Positions 32,001 through 40,097 of a DNA stretch of 64,000 nucleotides are shown one piece after another. The notes below the pieces were generated by a model, which worked only from the letters and a program-made list of their open reading frames with translations, did not search any database and was not told the origin of the DNA. The stretch comes from Planctomycetota bacterium (lineage in GTDB: Bacteria > Planctomycetota > JAJSAM01 > JAJVHW01), in NCBI GenBank assembly GCA_965248445.1, contig CBDFJG010000002.1, forward strand, positions 256,001 through 320,000, written 5' to 3'. Within the stretch, counting starts at the first letter, position 1, and each line of letters begins with the position of its first letter. Made by a program: the position numbers and the translations under genes.

Positions 32001-32051
32001 AGGTACGTCCGAGATCAGCGTGCTCTTGTCGTCGGGCGACGGTTCCGCCAT
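29001..32051 (-). CDS. Hanks-type Ser/Thr kinase fused to a P-loop ATPase-like domain and helical (TPR-like) C-terminus
   Basis: GSGGAGNV, VAVK, HRDLKPSN, DFG, GTPEYLAPE; GLPGTGRT Walker A variant, LLVD Walker B, TGG; GGGGAGG RBS before ATG 32051. Confidence 0.9.
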   Translation of the reverse strand: MAEPSPDDKSTLISDVPAAEFASVVAGRYQLGPPLGSGGAGNVYEATVIGTDHRVAVKILRENAMAVPARVRREVAALRLLRLPGVVSLIDHGTWEGRKFLGMELLEGEQFPGVEPPIKWEQLAPLARSLLEALARVHAAGIVHRDLKPSNVLVGEDGRVTILDFGISYGPALGERVTQTGTLLGTPEYLAPEQICGDPADARSDLYAVGTMLYAALTGATPFASTNRMDIIRIKMRAPAPRLLHAAPDAPIHVADAVDAMLSTDREHRPRTAGEVLRRFFATDAAFVKDVLPRLGSSAPLDDTLAAVRAGQRVIVQGLPGTGRTRLLRDVAAELRAADVPVLWVAPGNSPYSGLRDVIDANVISCADSARDAHALATDALRARLSAGTVLLVDGPERVDRWSRQAIDQVRDAGAAIIVGEADADVTIELTRFSAVDLEPLFAGPRRILHLPDDAAHELWERTGGLARRVAEEVGAWCRAGLAHWESGRVHVTRPALDQLGVGGRLVSAAGTESMPRAAAEDDVLACTNLAWPHATLPVLSAATSQPRWLVEERVRELEEAGVVRRLADGRVQPLYGAAVPTHWTREQRHDVHRAIAENIPVGALARLRHFAAAHDPRAVPEAESVGERAYVDGKQHDGLVALEVGLSIAREHGDTEQTRRLLSIWVPMCLSGGAPQDAERGIYEIDRSGLPKSFTHGLRVLLQSQRKIVAGEMSAALGELDALAEVDDVRLEQWRHALLLRAARGIGIEEEERVISLAEEWAARIDDDTPGASIASWRAALAEKRGDPETSIAFYERALASTSRTSARIASHMRLSEALIDTDRIERAAEHATSARELSASVRHALYEAIAEALLRRIALRTRATTKTDDELLAALDTMGQRRLEAHVVLGEACIAWRAGTLRRARELAVRAHSLSNASNLKDEALIADALRRVTVSAADRDSEAAQRLVERLLDPEVDSPAVRFEALGILAQGFPSHAAEWRQLARETLEAAGPVAVRHRVDAMSIEEVLNGLG

Positions 32052-32076
32052 ACCCCTCCCCTGGCACATCGTAGCT

Positions 32077-32180
32077 CCCCGCTCGACGGAGTCAGCCGGC
32101 GACCCAGAGACACCGACGGCCTCAGCCGTGGCGACCCGGCGGCCCCGGCTCGACGGCGTTAGCCGGCGACCCAGAGACAC
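32077..32180. repeat. Imperfect direct repeat (~35 bp x2 plus a degenerate middle copy) at the imuA/kinase junction
   Basis: GCTCGACGG(A/C)GT(C/T)AGCCGGCGACCCAGAGACAC at 32081 and 32148. Confidence 0.8.
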
Positions 32181-32859
32181 AGCCCAGCAGCCCTTCCAGG
32201 CCGCCGGGTGGACGTGCTTCGAGCGGGAGGATGCGTTCGCGGGGGTTGCGGCGGTCGCGGATGATGTCGATCTCCACGATCACGAGCGGAGCGCTGATGT
32301 CCTCCGTTCTCGTCGGAGGCCGCGCGGTGCCGGCGCGGCGGACCTCGGCGCGCAGGGAGACCAGGGGACCGAGCGACGCCGTGTCGCGCGACTTGGTCGT
32401 GAGTGCAAGGGCCGCGGCATCGTGGGTGCGGGACAGGCTGGAGAGACGCGAGAGCAGCGCGGGCGGGAGCCGGCGTCGCCGCCGCTGAGATGACCTGCCG
32501 CGAGATGACGCACCGCGGGCCTCGGTCATGTCGAGCACCACCAGACCGAACGCGCCGGATCGGAGCAGGCGGGCGCCGGTGCGTGCGACGTCGGTCCCCC
32601 ACCCGCCGCCAATCAACTGGGGAACGCGCAGCACGGCGAGCGCGTCGAGATCGACGCCCGCGCGATCCATGTCGGGCGCGAAGAACGCGCTCGCGGTGGT
32701 CGTGATCCAAGCGGTCGTCTCGCCCGCCCGTTGCGCGTCGCGGAGCACGGACGTCGCCGCGGTCAGGAGCGCACCGGGACCGGAGGGCGCCGAGAACTCG
32801 ACGAGCCGGCCCGCGCAATCCGCGAACGAGACAGGAGCGGAGAAGGAGGGAGGAGACAT
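32122..32859 (-). CDS. imuA: RecA-like ImuA/ImuY protein
   Basis: GRLVEFS, FFAPD..AGVDLDAL, LLRSGAFGLVVLD, SLGPLVSLR; directly downstream of lexA. Confidence 0.85.
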   Translation of the reverse strand: MSPPSFSAPVSFADCAGRLVEFSAPSGPGALLTAATSVLRDAQRAGETTAWITTTASAFFAPDMDRAGVDLDALAVLRVPQLIGGGWGTDVARTGARLLRSGAFGLVVLDMTEARGASSRGRSSQRRRRRLPPALLSRLSSLSRTHDAAALALTTKSRDTASLGPLVSLRAEVRRAGTARPPTRTEDISAPLVIVEIDIIRDRRNPRERILPLEARPPGGLEGLLGCVSGSPANAVEPGPPGRHG

Positions 32860-32907
32860 CGCTTCAGCTCGAATGGTCCAACACGCGGCTAGAGGACACC
32901 AAGAGCC

Positions 32908-33609
32908 CTACAACACACCAAGAGAACGGCGCACTTCGACGACGCGCCCGAGGATCTCGAGCCGATTGGGATCGGGCACGATCGGGTCGTACGCGGAGTT
33001 GGCGGGCAGCAGCGTGACGCGGCGCTTCTTCTTCTGCCGGCCCGGCTTGACCTGCAGCGTCTTGACGGTCGCCTCGCCGTCCACCAGCGCTACCACGATG
33101 TCGCCGCTCTTCGGGGTGACGTCGCGGCGCACGATGACGATGTCGTTCTCGAGGATGCCCGCGTCCTTCATGCTGTCGCCCTGCACGCGGAGCGCGAGCA
33201 GGGCGCCGACGCGGCGGGTGACCGCCCGGCCCGCGACCGGTACGTGGCCCTCGGGCGCTTCGATGGCCGCGGTCAGTCCGCCTGCCTGCACCAGCCCGAG
33301 CAGCGGGACCATCACCGTGGGAGCCCGTCCGGCCTCGCCCGGCGGGAGCCGGTAGCCGCGGGAGACGCTCGGGTCCTTGGCGAGACGGCCGTCTGCCACG
33401 AGCCTTGCGAGATGCACGCGTGCCGACTCCACCGCCTTGAGCCCCACGGCGTGCTGTACCTCGCGCACGGTCGGCGGCTGGCCGGCGAGCAAACGCCCGC
33501 GCACGTACCGGTAGATCTTCTCGCGGGTTTCGCCTCTCGGACGCCTCCGGGCGGGACGCTGGGCGCGACGCTGCTGTGGAGGACGCTGCTGGCGGCGGCG
33601 TGCTGGCAT
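32908..33609 (-). CDS. lexA: SOS repressor LexA
   Basis: PPTVRE wHTH, QAG cleavage site, GDSM catalytic Ser, ATVK catalytic Lys, PAN..Y.PI; AAGGAG RBS. Confidence 0.95.
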   Translation of the reverse strand: MPARRRQQRPPQQRRAQRPARRRPRGETREKIYRYVRGRLLAGQPPTVREVQHAVGLKAVESARVHLARLVADGRLAKDPSVSRGYRLPPGEAGRAPTVMVPLLGLVQAGGLTAAIEAPEGHVPVAGRAVTRRVGALLALRVQGDSMKDAGILENDIVIVRRDVTPKSGDIVVALVDGEATVKTLQVKPGRQKKKRRVTLLPANSAYDPIVPDPNRLEILGRVVEVRRSLGVL

Positions 33610-33637
33610 CAGACCGTTCTCCTTCCATCGCCCCATT

Positions 33638-33655
33638 TGCGGACGGATGTCCGCA
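33638..33655. promoter_or_regulatory. Putative LexA operator (autoregulation)
   Basis: TGCGGAC-GGAT-GTCCGCA perfect 7-4-7 palindrome overlapping a TACTAT -10-like hexamer on the minus strand. Confidence 0.75.
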
Positions 33656-33692
33656 TAGTAGCCTCACGGGGCGACGGCTGGCAGGAGTCCCG

Positions 33693-34841
33693 ATGCTGAT
33701 CGATCCTCTCTTCTGGCTGGCGGTGGTCGGCCTGCTGGGATGGCTCGTCTTCGCGGTCGTGGCCGGGCGCGGGGCCGCGACGATCGCCCGGCTCAAAGAT
33801 CAGGAGCCGTGCCGCCCGGAGGAGTGTCCGCGCGTCTCGATCGTCGTGGCGGGACGTGACGAGGAACACGCGATCGAGGGCGCTGTCAGGACACTGCTCG
33901 CACAAGACGTCCCCCACCTCGAGATCGTTGCTGTGAACGACCGCTCGACGGACCGCACGGGCGCGCTGCTTGACGGACTCGCCGAAGACGACGAGCGATT
34001 GACCGTCGTCCACGTCACCGACCTGCCTCCGCGCTGGCTCGGCAAGAACCACGCGTTGCACCTGGGCGCGGCCCGCGCGCAGGGCGAGTTCATCCTGTTC
34101 ACGGACGCGGACGTGCACTTTGCCCGCGATGCGGTGCGTCGCGCGCTCACGTACCAGCGCGAACACTCGCTGGATCATCTGACCGTGTTGCCCGACGTCG
34201 TCATGAAGGGCGCGTTGCTCCAGGCATTCACGGCGACGTTCTCGGTGCTGTTCGCAGGGTTCACGCGGCCGTGGAAGGCGCGCGACCCGACGAGCACCGC
34301 GCATCTCGGCATCGGCGCGTTCAACCTCGTGCGCGCAACGGCGTATCACGAGCGTGGCGGTCACGTCCCCATCGCGATGCGGCCGGACGACGATCTCCGG
34401 CTGGGCCGGCTGATGAAGTCCGCCGGCGGCCGGCAGGACGTGCTCTTCGGCAAGGGCGCGCTCTCGGTGGAGTGGTATCGGAGCGTGGGCGACGTCGTGC
34501 GCGGCTTCGAGAAGAACGCCTTCGCGGGCTTCGACTATCGCCTGTGGCTGCAGGCCCTGGCGACGCCGCTCCAGTTCCTGTTCGGCGTGTGGCCGTTCAT
34601 CGGCGTGTTCGTGACGGACGGTGCCGCCTTCTGGATGTCGCTCGCGACGGTGGCGATCGCGCTGCTCGCCGTCGCCGGCACACGGCGCTCGAGCAGCGTC
34701 AATCCACTCGTCGCGCCGCTGTTCCCGCTCGTGGTGCTGATCTTCCTGTACGTGCAGTGGCGAGCGACGGCGCTGACCCTGCTTCGCGGTGGCATCCGCT
34801 GGCGGGGGACCTTCTACTCGCTCGCGGAACTCCGCGCATGA
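33693..34841 (+). CDS. GT2 glycosyltransferase (HpnB/CrtQ-like)
   Basis: VNDRSTD, WLGKNHAL, FTDADV, DDLRLG, C-terminal IRWRG..Y. Confidence 0.88.
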   Translation: MLIDPLFWLAVVGLLGWLVFAVVAGRGAATIARLKDQEPCRPEECPRVSIVVAGRDEEHAIEGAVRTLLAQDVPHLEIVAVNDRSTDRTGALLDGLAEDDERLTVVHVTDLPPRWLGKNHALHLGAARAQGEFILFTDADVHFARDAVRRALTYQREHSLDHLTVLPDVVMKGALLQAFTATFSVLFAGFTRPWKARDPTSTAHLGIGAFNLVRATAYHERGGHVPIAMRPDDDLRLGRLMKSAGGRQDVLFGKGALSVEWYRSVGDVVRGFEKNAFAGFDYRLWLQALATPLQFLFGVWPFIGVFVTDGAAFWMSLATVAIALLAVAGTRRSSSVNPLVAPLFPLVVLIFLYVQWRATALTLLRGGIRWRGTFYSLAELRA

Positions 34842-35497
34842 GCCGTACGAACGCACCCACGCCCGCGCAACTCCGCGCGCTCGCCCGGCGCGATCCCGTA
34901 CTCGGCCGCGCGATGCGATCGCTCGAACCCTATCCGGGCTTCCCGCCGCGCGGCGGGGGACGCGCCACGCACTACGAATCGCTCACCCGCGCGATCGTCT
35001 ACCAGCAACTGTCCGGCAAGGCGGCCGGCACGATCCACGGACGAGTGGTCGCGCTCACTCCGGGGAAGCGCTTTCCGCGGCCGCCGGAGCTCCTCGCGCT
35101 GCAAGACGATGCGTTGCGCGGCGCCGGCCTGTCCCGCGCGAAGCTCGCGGCGCTGCGCGATCTCGCCGGACGCATCGACGACGGGCGGTTACGCCTCACC
35201 GCGATCGGACGGCTGCCCGACGACGCGATCATCGAGCGCCTGGTCGAGGTGCGCGGCATCGGCGTGTGGAGCGCGCGCATGTTCCTGATGTTCCGGCTGG
35301 GACGGCTCGACGTGATGCCGTCGGGGGACCTCGGCGTGCGCGAGGGCGTGCGTCTCCTCGACGGCAGGGCGGAGCGACCGACACCCACTGAGGTGGCCGC
35401 CCGGGGCGCGTGCTGGGCGCCGCTGCGGAGCATCGGGGCCTGGTTCATGTGGCGTCTTGTTGAACGGCACCGCGAGCAGCACCGCGCCCGCAGCTGA
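34838..35497 (+). CDS. alkA: DNA-3-methyladenine glycosylase II family (HhH-GPD)
   Basis: IVYQQLSGKAA, GLSRAK, VRGIGVWSA, DVMPSGDLG, WAPLRS; ATGA overlap with GT2. Confidence 0.88.
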   Translation: MSRTNAPTPAQLRALARRDPVLGRAMRSLEPYPGFPPRGGGRATHYESLTRAIVYQQLSGKAAGTIHGRVVALTPGKRFPRPPELLALQDDALRGAGLSRAKLAALRDLAGRIDDGRLRLTAIGRLPDDAIIERLVEVRGIGVWSARMFLMFRLGRLDVMPSGDLGVREGVRLLDGRAERPTPTEVAARGACWAPLRSIGAWFMWRLVERHREQHRARS

Positions 35498-35566
35498 GCC
35501 TCTCGCACCCGCCGAGGAGCTGACAGTTCGGCCGGACACATCAGCCTCCAGGCTCGACGTTCCCCC

Positions 35567-35607
35567 TTGACGCGATTACAGGCGTAGTTATGGTTACATC
35601 TGTAGTC
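35567..35607 (+). promoter_or_regulatory. Sigma70-type promoter overlapped by two BlaI/CopY boxes
   Basis: TTGACG-N16-TATGGT; TACAggCGTA (35577) and TACAtcTGTA (35595) match the TACA-N2-TGTA BlaI/MecI/CopY consensus. Confidence 0.8.
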
Positions 35608-36018
35608 ATGGAGCCGGATGCCGGCACGGAGGACGGGATGGGCGGCTTGCCCCGGATCAGCGACGCAGAGTGGGACGTGATGACCGTGCTGTGGGAGGAG
35701 CACCCCCTTTCCGCGCACCAGGTGGCCGAGCGGTTGGCGGACCAGAGGGACTGGTCGCCTCAGACCGTCAAGACGCTGCTCGGCCGCCTCGTGCGCAAGG
35801 GGGCGCTCGGCTTCCTGACGGTGGGGCGGCGCTACCTCTACCACCCGAAGCTGTCGCGTGAACGGTGCGTGCGCGAAGAGAGCAAGTCGTTCGCCGAGCG
35901 GGTGTTCGGCGGTGACGCGCACCCGCTCCTCGTGCACATGGTGCGCGAGACGGAGATGTCCAAGGACGAGATCGCAGAACTGCGCCGCATCCTCGGCGAG
36001 AAGGAAGAGGAGGAGTGA
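35608..36018 (+). CDS. BlaI/MecI/CopY family transcriptional repressor (start 35608 or 35638)
   Basis: ISDAEWDVMTVLW, WSPQTVKTLLGRLVRKG, YLYHP. Confidence 0.93.
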   Translation: MEPDAGTEDGMGGLPRISDAEWDVMTVLWEEHPLSAHQVAERLADQRDWSPQTVKTLLGRLVRKGALGFLTVGRRYLYHPKLSRERCVREESKSFAERVFGGDAHPLLVHMVRETEMSKDEIAELRRILGEKEEEE

Positions 36019-38408
36019 TGCAGACCATCGACTCCATCGCCGGCGTCGTCGTGCAGTACCTCGCTGAGACCGGCCTGCACGTCGTCATCATCGCAGCCGC
36101 CGTTGCGGTCGCGCTTGTCCTGTTCGGACGCAAGCTCGGCCCGCGCGTGCGCTACGCGCTGTGGGGACTGGTCGTTCTCCGGCTGCTGCTACCGGTGGTT
36201 CCGTCGTCGCCGACGAGCGTGCTGAACGTGGCGCAGGTCGCGCGGGCCGACGTCGTCGCGCCGGCCGATCCGAGTGACCTGCCGACCAGGTCTGCGGCCA
36301 TTGCGACGGACGCTCCGACCGCGCCGGCAGCCGCCGTTGCGCGCGATCACTTGGACGAGGAGCGCGCGGAGGGGCACACGAAGCGGAGCAGCCGCCCGGC
36401 GTTCGTCGAGGCGGATCTCCCGACGGTCTCCGAGAACTACGAGGACGAGGCGTCGGCCGCCGCCCTCCTCGGCGTTGTGCCGGAGTCGCCGGGTCCGTTC
36501 CCCTGGAAGAGAGCCGGATTCCTCGTGTGGGCTGCCGGCGCACTGCTCGCGCTGCTTCGTCTCGTCGTGCGCGAGCGGCGCTTCGAGCGGTCGCTGCGAC
36601 ATGCCCGGCCGTTTGCTCCGGGACGGGTGACCGCACTCCTCGCGGCTGCCGCCGACGGCGTGGGCGTTCGCGCACCGATCGTCGTCGAGACCAACGCAGT
36701 GGAGACTCCGGCGCTGACCGGAGTACGCCGTCCCCGGCTGCTGCTGCCAGACGGCCTCGCCGGGCGGCTCACGGACGCGGAACTCGCGTTCGTGTTCCGT
36801 CACGAACTCGCCCATCTGCGGGCGGGGGACGTGTCCGTGAACTGGATGCTCGCACTGTTCGCATCGCTGCACTGGTTCAACCCGGTTGTGCACGTCGCGT
36901 TCTCGCGACTGCGGGCGGAACGCGAGGCCGTCCGCGACCACACGGCGCTCACCGGCGCTGATCAAGGCACCGCCCGCGCGTACGGCGAGACGCTGCTGCG
37001 GCTGCTCTCCGCTCGCCGTCCGCGCGCTGCCGCGCCGGCGGCTGCGGCGGGAATCGTCGAGGGACCACGACTCCCTGGAGGACGGGGGGATCTCAGAAGG
37101 AGGATCACCATGCTCAGTCAATTTGGTTCGCACTCACGCGTCGCGCGGATCGCCGGCGCGGTGCTCGTCGCCACGGTGGCCGTGGGCACGCTGACGACCG
37201 CGACCGGGACGTCGACTCCAGCCCGCGCGCAGGACCGGCCGCTCGCGGAGTTCCAGGCCCCGCGACAGAACACGCCGCAGGGCGTTCGCGTCGAGCGGGA
37301 GCGCACCACGCCGGACTGGGAGCGTGCGTTGCGCCGGAAGCTGGATGCGCAGATCGCGATCACCGGCGACTTGCGCAACCTCGCGGCCGTGTTCGCCCGC
37401 GTCCGCGAGCGGGCCGGGGTCAACCTCGTGGTCCACCCGGAGGACATGGACGATCCGGCCGATCACGACGTCGATCTCCCGGTCGGCGCCGTGATGAGCG
37501 CCGATCAGGTCCTGACCCTCTCCCCGCACGGTACCGACATCGCGCACCACTATGCCGACGGCGCCGTGTACGTGGCGCGAGCCTATCGCCTCCCGAACTA
37601 CGCCGACCGGCGGTACTACGACGTGCGCGCGATGCTCGACCGCGACGCGCGGCGAAGCGTCCGGGAGGAGGGACACGACCTCGCCGAATCCGGCAGGAGC
37701 ATCACCGACTGGTACGAGCACGACGAACTGATCGACCTCGTGCGGGACTTCGGCGGCCGAGACGCGTGGAGCCGTGAAGGCACCTCCATCGAAGCCTGGA
37801 AGGCGCTACTGGTCGTGAAGCAGTCCGACAGTACGCACGCCGAGATCAAGCAGTTCCTGGATCTGCTGCTCTCGCGCGGCGCCACGGCCACGCGTGCCAC
37901 TCCAGAGTGGGAGCAGGCGATCGCGCAACAGCTCGAGAGGCGCATCTCGGTCGGATTCGCCCAGACTCCGCTGGCCGACGTGGTCGCCGCGATCAAGGAG
38001 CAGACCGGCGTGCCTCTCGTCGTGTCCGAGGAGCTGGCGGAGGACGCGGATCACGTGACGCTGTCGCTCGAGGACACTTCGGCTGCCGACGTGATCCGCT
38101 GGATCTCGCGCCTCACGCGACTCCACGTTGCGGCCGAGCACGGAGTCCTGCGGTTCACCGATCTGCCGCCGCTCGAGATTCGGTGCTACGAGATCGATGA
38201 CATCCTCACCGCCCGCAGCGACGACGATGGGACCGACGTCGACCATCTCTACGAACTGATCCGGCACTCGATCGAACCCGTCACGTGGGAGGAGTTGCCG
38301 GTGCGCATCGCCCACTGGGACGGTCTGCTCGTCGTCAGGCAGACGCCGACCACGCACGGGAAGATCGCGGACTTCCTGGCGACCCTGAGAAGGGCATTGC
38401 ACGACTGA
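36015..38408 (+). CDS. M56 (BlaR1-type) metallopeptidase sensor with two C-terminal STN/secretin-N-like repeats
   Basis: RYALWGLVVLRLLLP, HELAH, HWFNP, YGETLL, LRRRI; repeats with RYYDVR...LLVVKQS..H and YEIDD...LLVVRQT..H. Confidence 0.88.
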   Translation: MMQTIDSIAGVVVQYLAETGLHVVIIAAAVAVALVLFGRKLGPRVRYALWGLVVLRLLLPVVPSSPTSVLNVAQVARADVVAPADPSDLPTRSAAIATDAPTAPAAAVARDHLDEERAEGHTKRSSRPAFVEADLPTVSENYEDEASAAALLGVVPESPGPFPWKRAGFLVWAAGALLALLRLVVRERRFERSLRHARPFAPGRVTALLAAAADGVGVRAPIVVETNAVETPALTGVRRPRLLLPDGLAGRLTDAELAFVFRHELAHLRAGDVSVNWMLALFASLHWFNPVVHVAFSRLRAEREAVRDHTALTGADQGTARAYGETLLRLLSARRPRAAAPAAAAGIVEGPRLPGGRGDLRRRITMLSQFGSHSRVARIAGAVLVATVAVGTLTTATGTSTPARAQDRPLAEFQAPRQNTPQGVRVERERTTPDWERALRRKLDAQIAITGDLRNLAAVFARVRERAGVNLVVHPEDMDDPADHDVDLPVGAVMSADQVLTLSPHGTDIAHHYADGAVYVARAYRLPNYADRRYYDVRAMLDRDARRSVREEGHDLAESGRSITDWYEHDELIDLVRDFGGRDAWSREGTSIEAWKALLVVKQSDSTHAEIKQFLDLLLSRGATATRATPEWEQAIAQQLERRISVGFAQTPLADVVAAIKEQTGVPLVVSEELAEDADHVTLSLEDTSAADVIRWISRLTRLHVAAEHGVLRFTDLPPLEIRCYEIDDILTARSDDDGTDVDHLYELIRHSIEPVTWEELPVRIAHWDGLLVVRQTPTTHGKIADFLATLRRALHD

Positions 38409-38458
38409 GACCCGAACTCCGTTCGTCTGCGGCACCCTGGCCGGAGAGACTCGCGGGT

Positions 38459-38920
38459 GTGACGTTGACGACGGGATCGGGTGGTGGCGGCGGGCCGCCA
38501 GTGTTGGGCTACGCGCTGGCCTTCGCCGGTGTGTTGCTGGTGGCATTCGTCGCGTGGATCGTGCGGTTCTCGCAGCCGGACCTGATCGAGCAGGTCGATG
38601 CGGGGCTGGCCGCCGCGGTCGCGCGCCGCGAGGCGCCGCCGACCGCGGAGATCGCAGCGCGGTCCACCGCGACCGAAATTCTCATGACCGTCGTCGGCGT
38701 GCCCTCACGCGCGGACCAGACGCGGTTGCTGTTCGCCATAGCCCGGTCCCAGGAGAGCGAGCAGTGGATGCCGGTGGCGGTCTCGTTCGGATCGTACGTC
38801 GAGATCGGCGAGCCTGCTGGGGGAGAGGACGACGCGGATGCGGAGTCCGAGCCGGTGCGTGACCTGCAGATCGACCGCGTCGTGTACGTATCCGACGGTC
38901 AGGTCCCAACCGATCGTTGA
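38459..38920 (+). CDS. Hypothetical membrane-anchored protein
   Basis: One TM helix and GC3 codon bias; start uncertain. Confidence 0.5.
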   Translation: MTLTTGSGGGGGPPVLGYALAFAGVLLVAFVAWIVRFSQPDLIEQVDAGLAAAVARREAPPTAEIAARSTATEILMTVVGVPSRADQTRLLFAIARSQESEQWMPVAVSFGSYVEIGEPAGGEDDADAESEPVRDLQIDRVVYVSDGQVPTDR

Positions 38921-38943
38921 CGGCCGAGCCGCCGAACGCGCGG

Positions 38944-39951
38944 CTAGAAGTCGAGCTGGTACTGCAGAGCGAGCGAACCGAACCGCTGGGAGTCGGCCTG
39001 GCCGTCGAACTCCCGCGAACGCAGGACCTGGCCGAGCGACACACGGAAGTTGCCCCACTGCGCCGCGATGCCGGCTTGCGCCTCGCCGACGAACGGCTTG
39101 CGGTCGACGCTGTGGCTGTCGCGGAAGGTGTTGCCGTCCAGGAAGATGTTGTGTGCGACGCCGCGCGCCTCGCCACCGAGATACGCGTACCAGCGGAAGC
39201 CGTCGCGGCCCTCCACGGGTCCGACCTCCGTCGCCGTGCGGTGAATCGTGTTCACACCGAAGTCGCGGGGCAGGTCCTGCCCGAAGCGCACCATGCCGCT
39301 GACGGATCCCAGCGTGCGGATGTTGCCGAGGTCGATGCCGACTCCGCCGATGGCGTCCCACTCGTGGCCGGTGGTCGTGCGGCCGGCGAGCAGACGCTTT
39401 CGGTAGTTGTAGGTCAGCACGAGGCCCGCCTCGTCCTTCAGTTGGTTGTCCCACCCGCGGGGCTCGCTCGAACCGCTGAACGCGTGACCGGCGCGGTGGA
39501 CCTTCGACGCGCGCGAGCTCGGCCCGATGACGCCGACGTCGAGCTCCCACGAGTTCATCGAGTCGCCCTGGGGACCGTCCTGACGGCGATCCACGTCGGC
39601 GAACATCGCGCCGGCATAGAGCCAGCCGGCGTAGGGGCGGTCCTCGCGGAGCAGCCGCCGGGCGTTGATGTTGCGCGGCGTGTACATCTCCTGGCCCAGC
39701 ACGGCGCCGATGGCCTGCGTGGTCGAGTTCGAGACCGGCAGAAACTTCGGGACGCGCTTGGCGAAGTTGGGCGCGACCTCGTAGGGCACCACCCAGCTCG
39801 CGCGGGCCCCCTGGGTGTAGTGTTCGTCCTCGTTCGACCCGACGGTCAGTCCGTCGTTCTCCTCGTAGAGCGTGTAGGTGCTCCCCGAGACGCAGGACGA
39901 CGTGACGAGCGCCAGCGTCACGAGTGCGACGCGTACGCGATGGACGGGCAT
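38944..39951 (-). CDS. Lipid A deacylase LpxR family outer-membrane barrel (DUF2219)
   Basis: EEND, D.HYTQG, GQEMYTP, DRPYAGWL, GWDNQL, NIFLDGN, terminal F. Confidence 0.88.
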   Translation of the reverse strand: MPVHRVRVALVTLALVTSSCVSGSTYTLYEENDGLTVGSNEDEHYTQGARASWVVPYEVAPNFAKRVPKFLPVSNSTTQAIGAVLGQEMYTPRNINARRLLREDRPYAGWLYAGAMFADVDRRQDGPQGDSMNSWELDVGVIGPSSRASKVHRAGHAFSGSSEPRGWDNQLKDEAGLVLTYNYRKRLLAGRTTTGHEWDAIGGVGIDLGNIRTLGSVSGMVRFGQDLPRDFGVNTIHRTATEVGPVEGRDGFRWYAYLGGEARGVAHNIFLDGNTFRDSHSVDRKPFVGEAQAGIAAQWGNFRVSLGQVLRSREFDGQADSQRFGSLALQYQLDF

Positions 39952-40097
39952 CGTTTCCTCCCCGGACACGGCGCTTCGCGTCCCGGATTCTCATTTCGAG
40001 AGACGCAACGGTGGGCGTTTCGACCCGGTCTCCTCCTCCTCATGTCACAACGCCGCTTCTGCTTGTTGCGTGGCCTCGCGGATGCGACGGTGACGAC

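Noticed and set aside
32077..32180. Possible mini-CRISPR (repeat-spacer-repeat)
   Set aside because: Only two copies, the spacer is itself a degenerate repeat copy, and there are no cas genes or leader.
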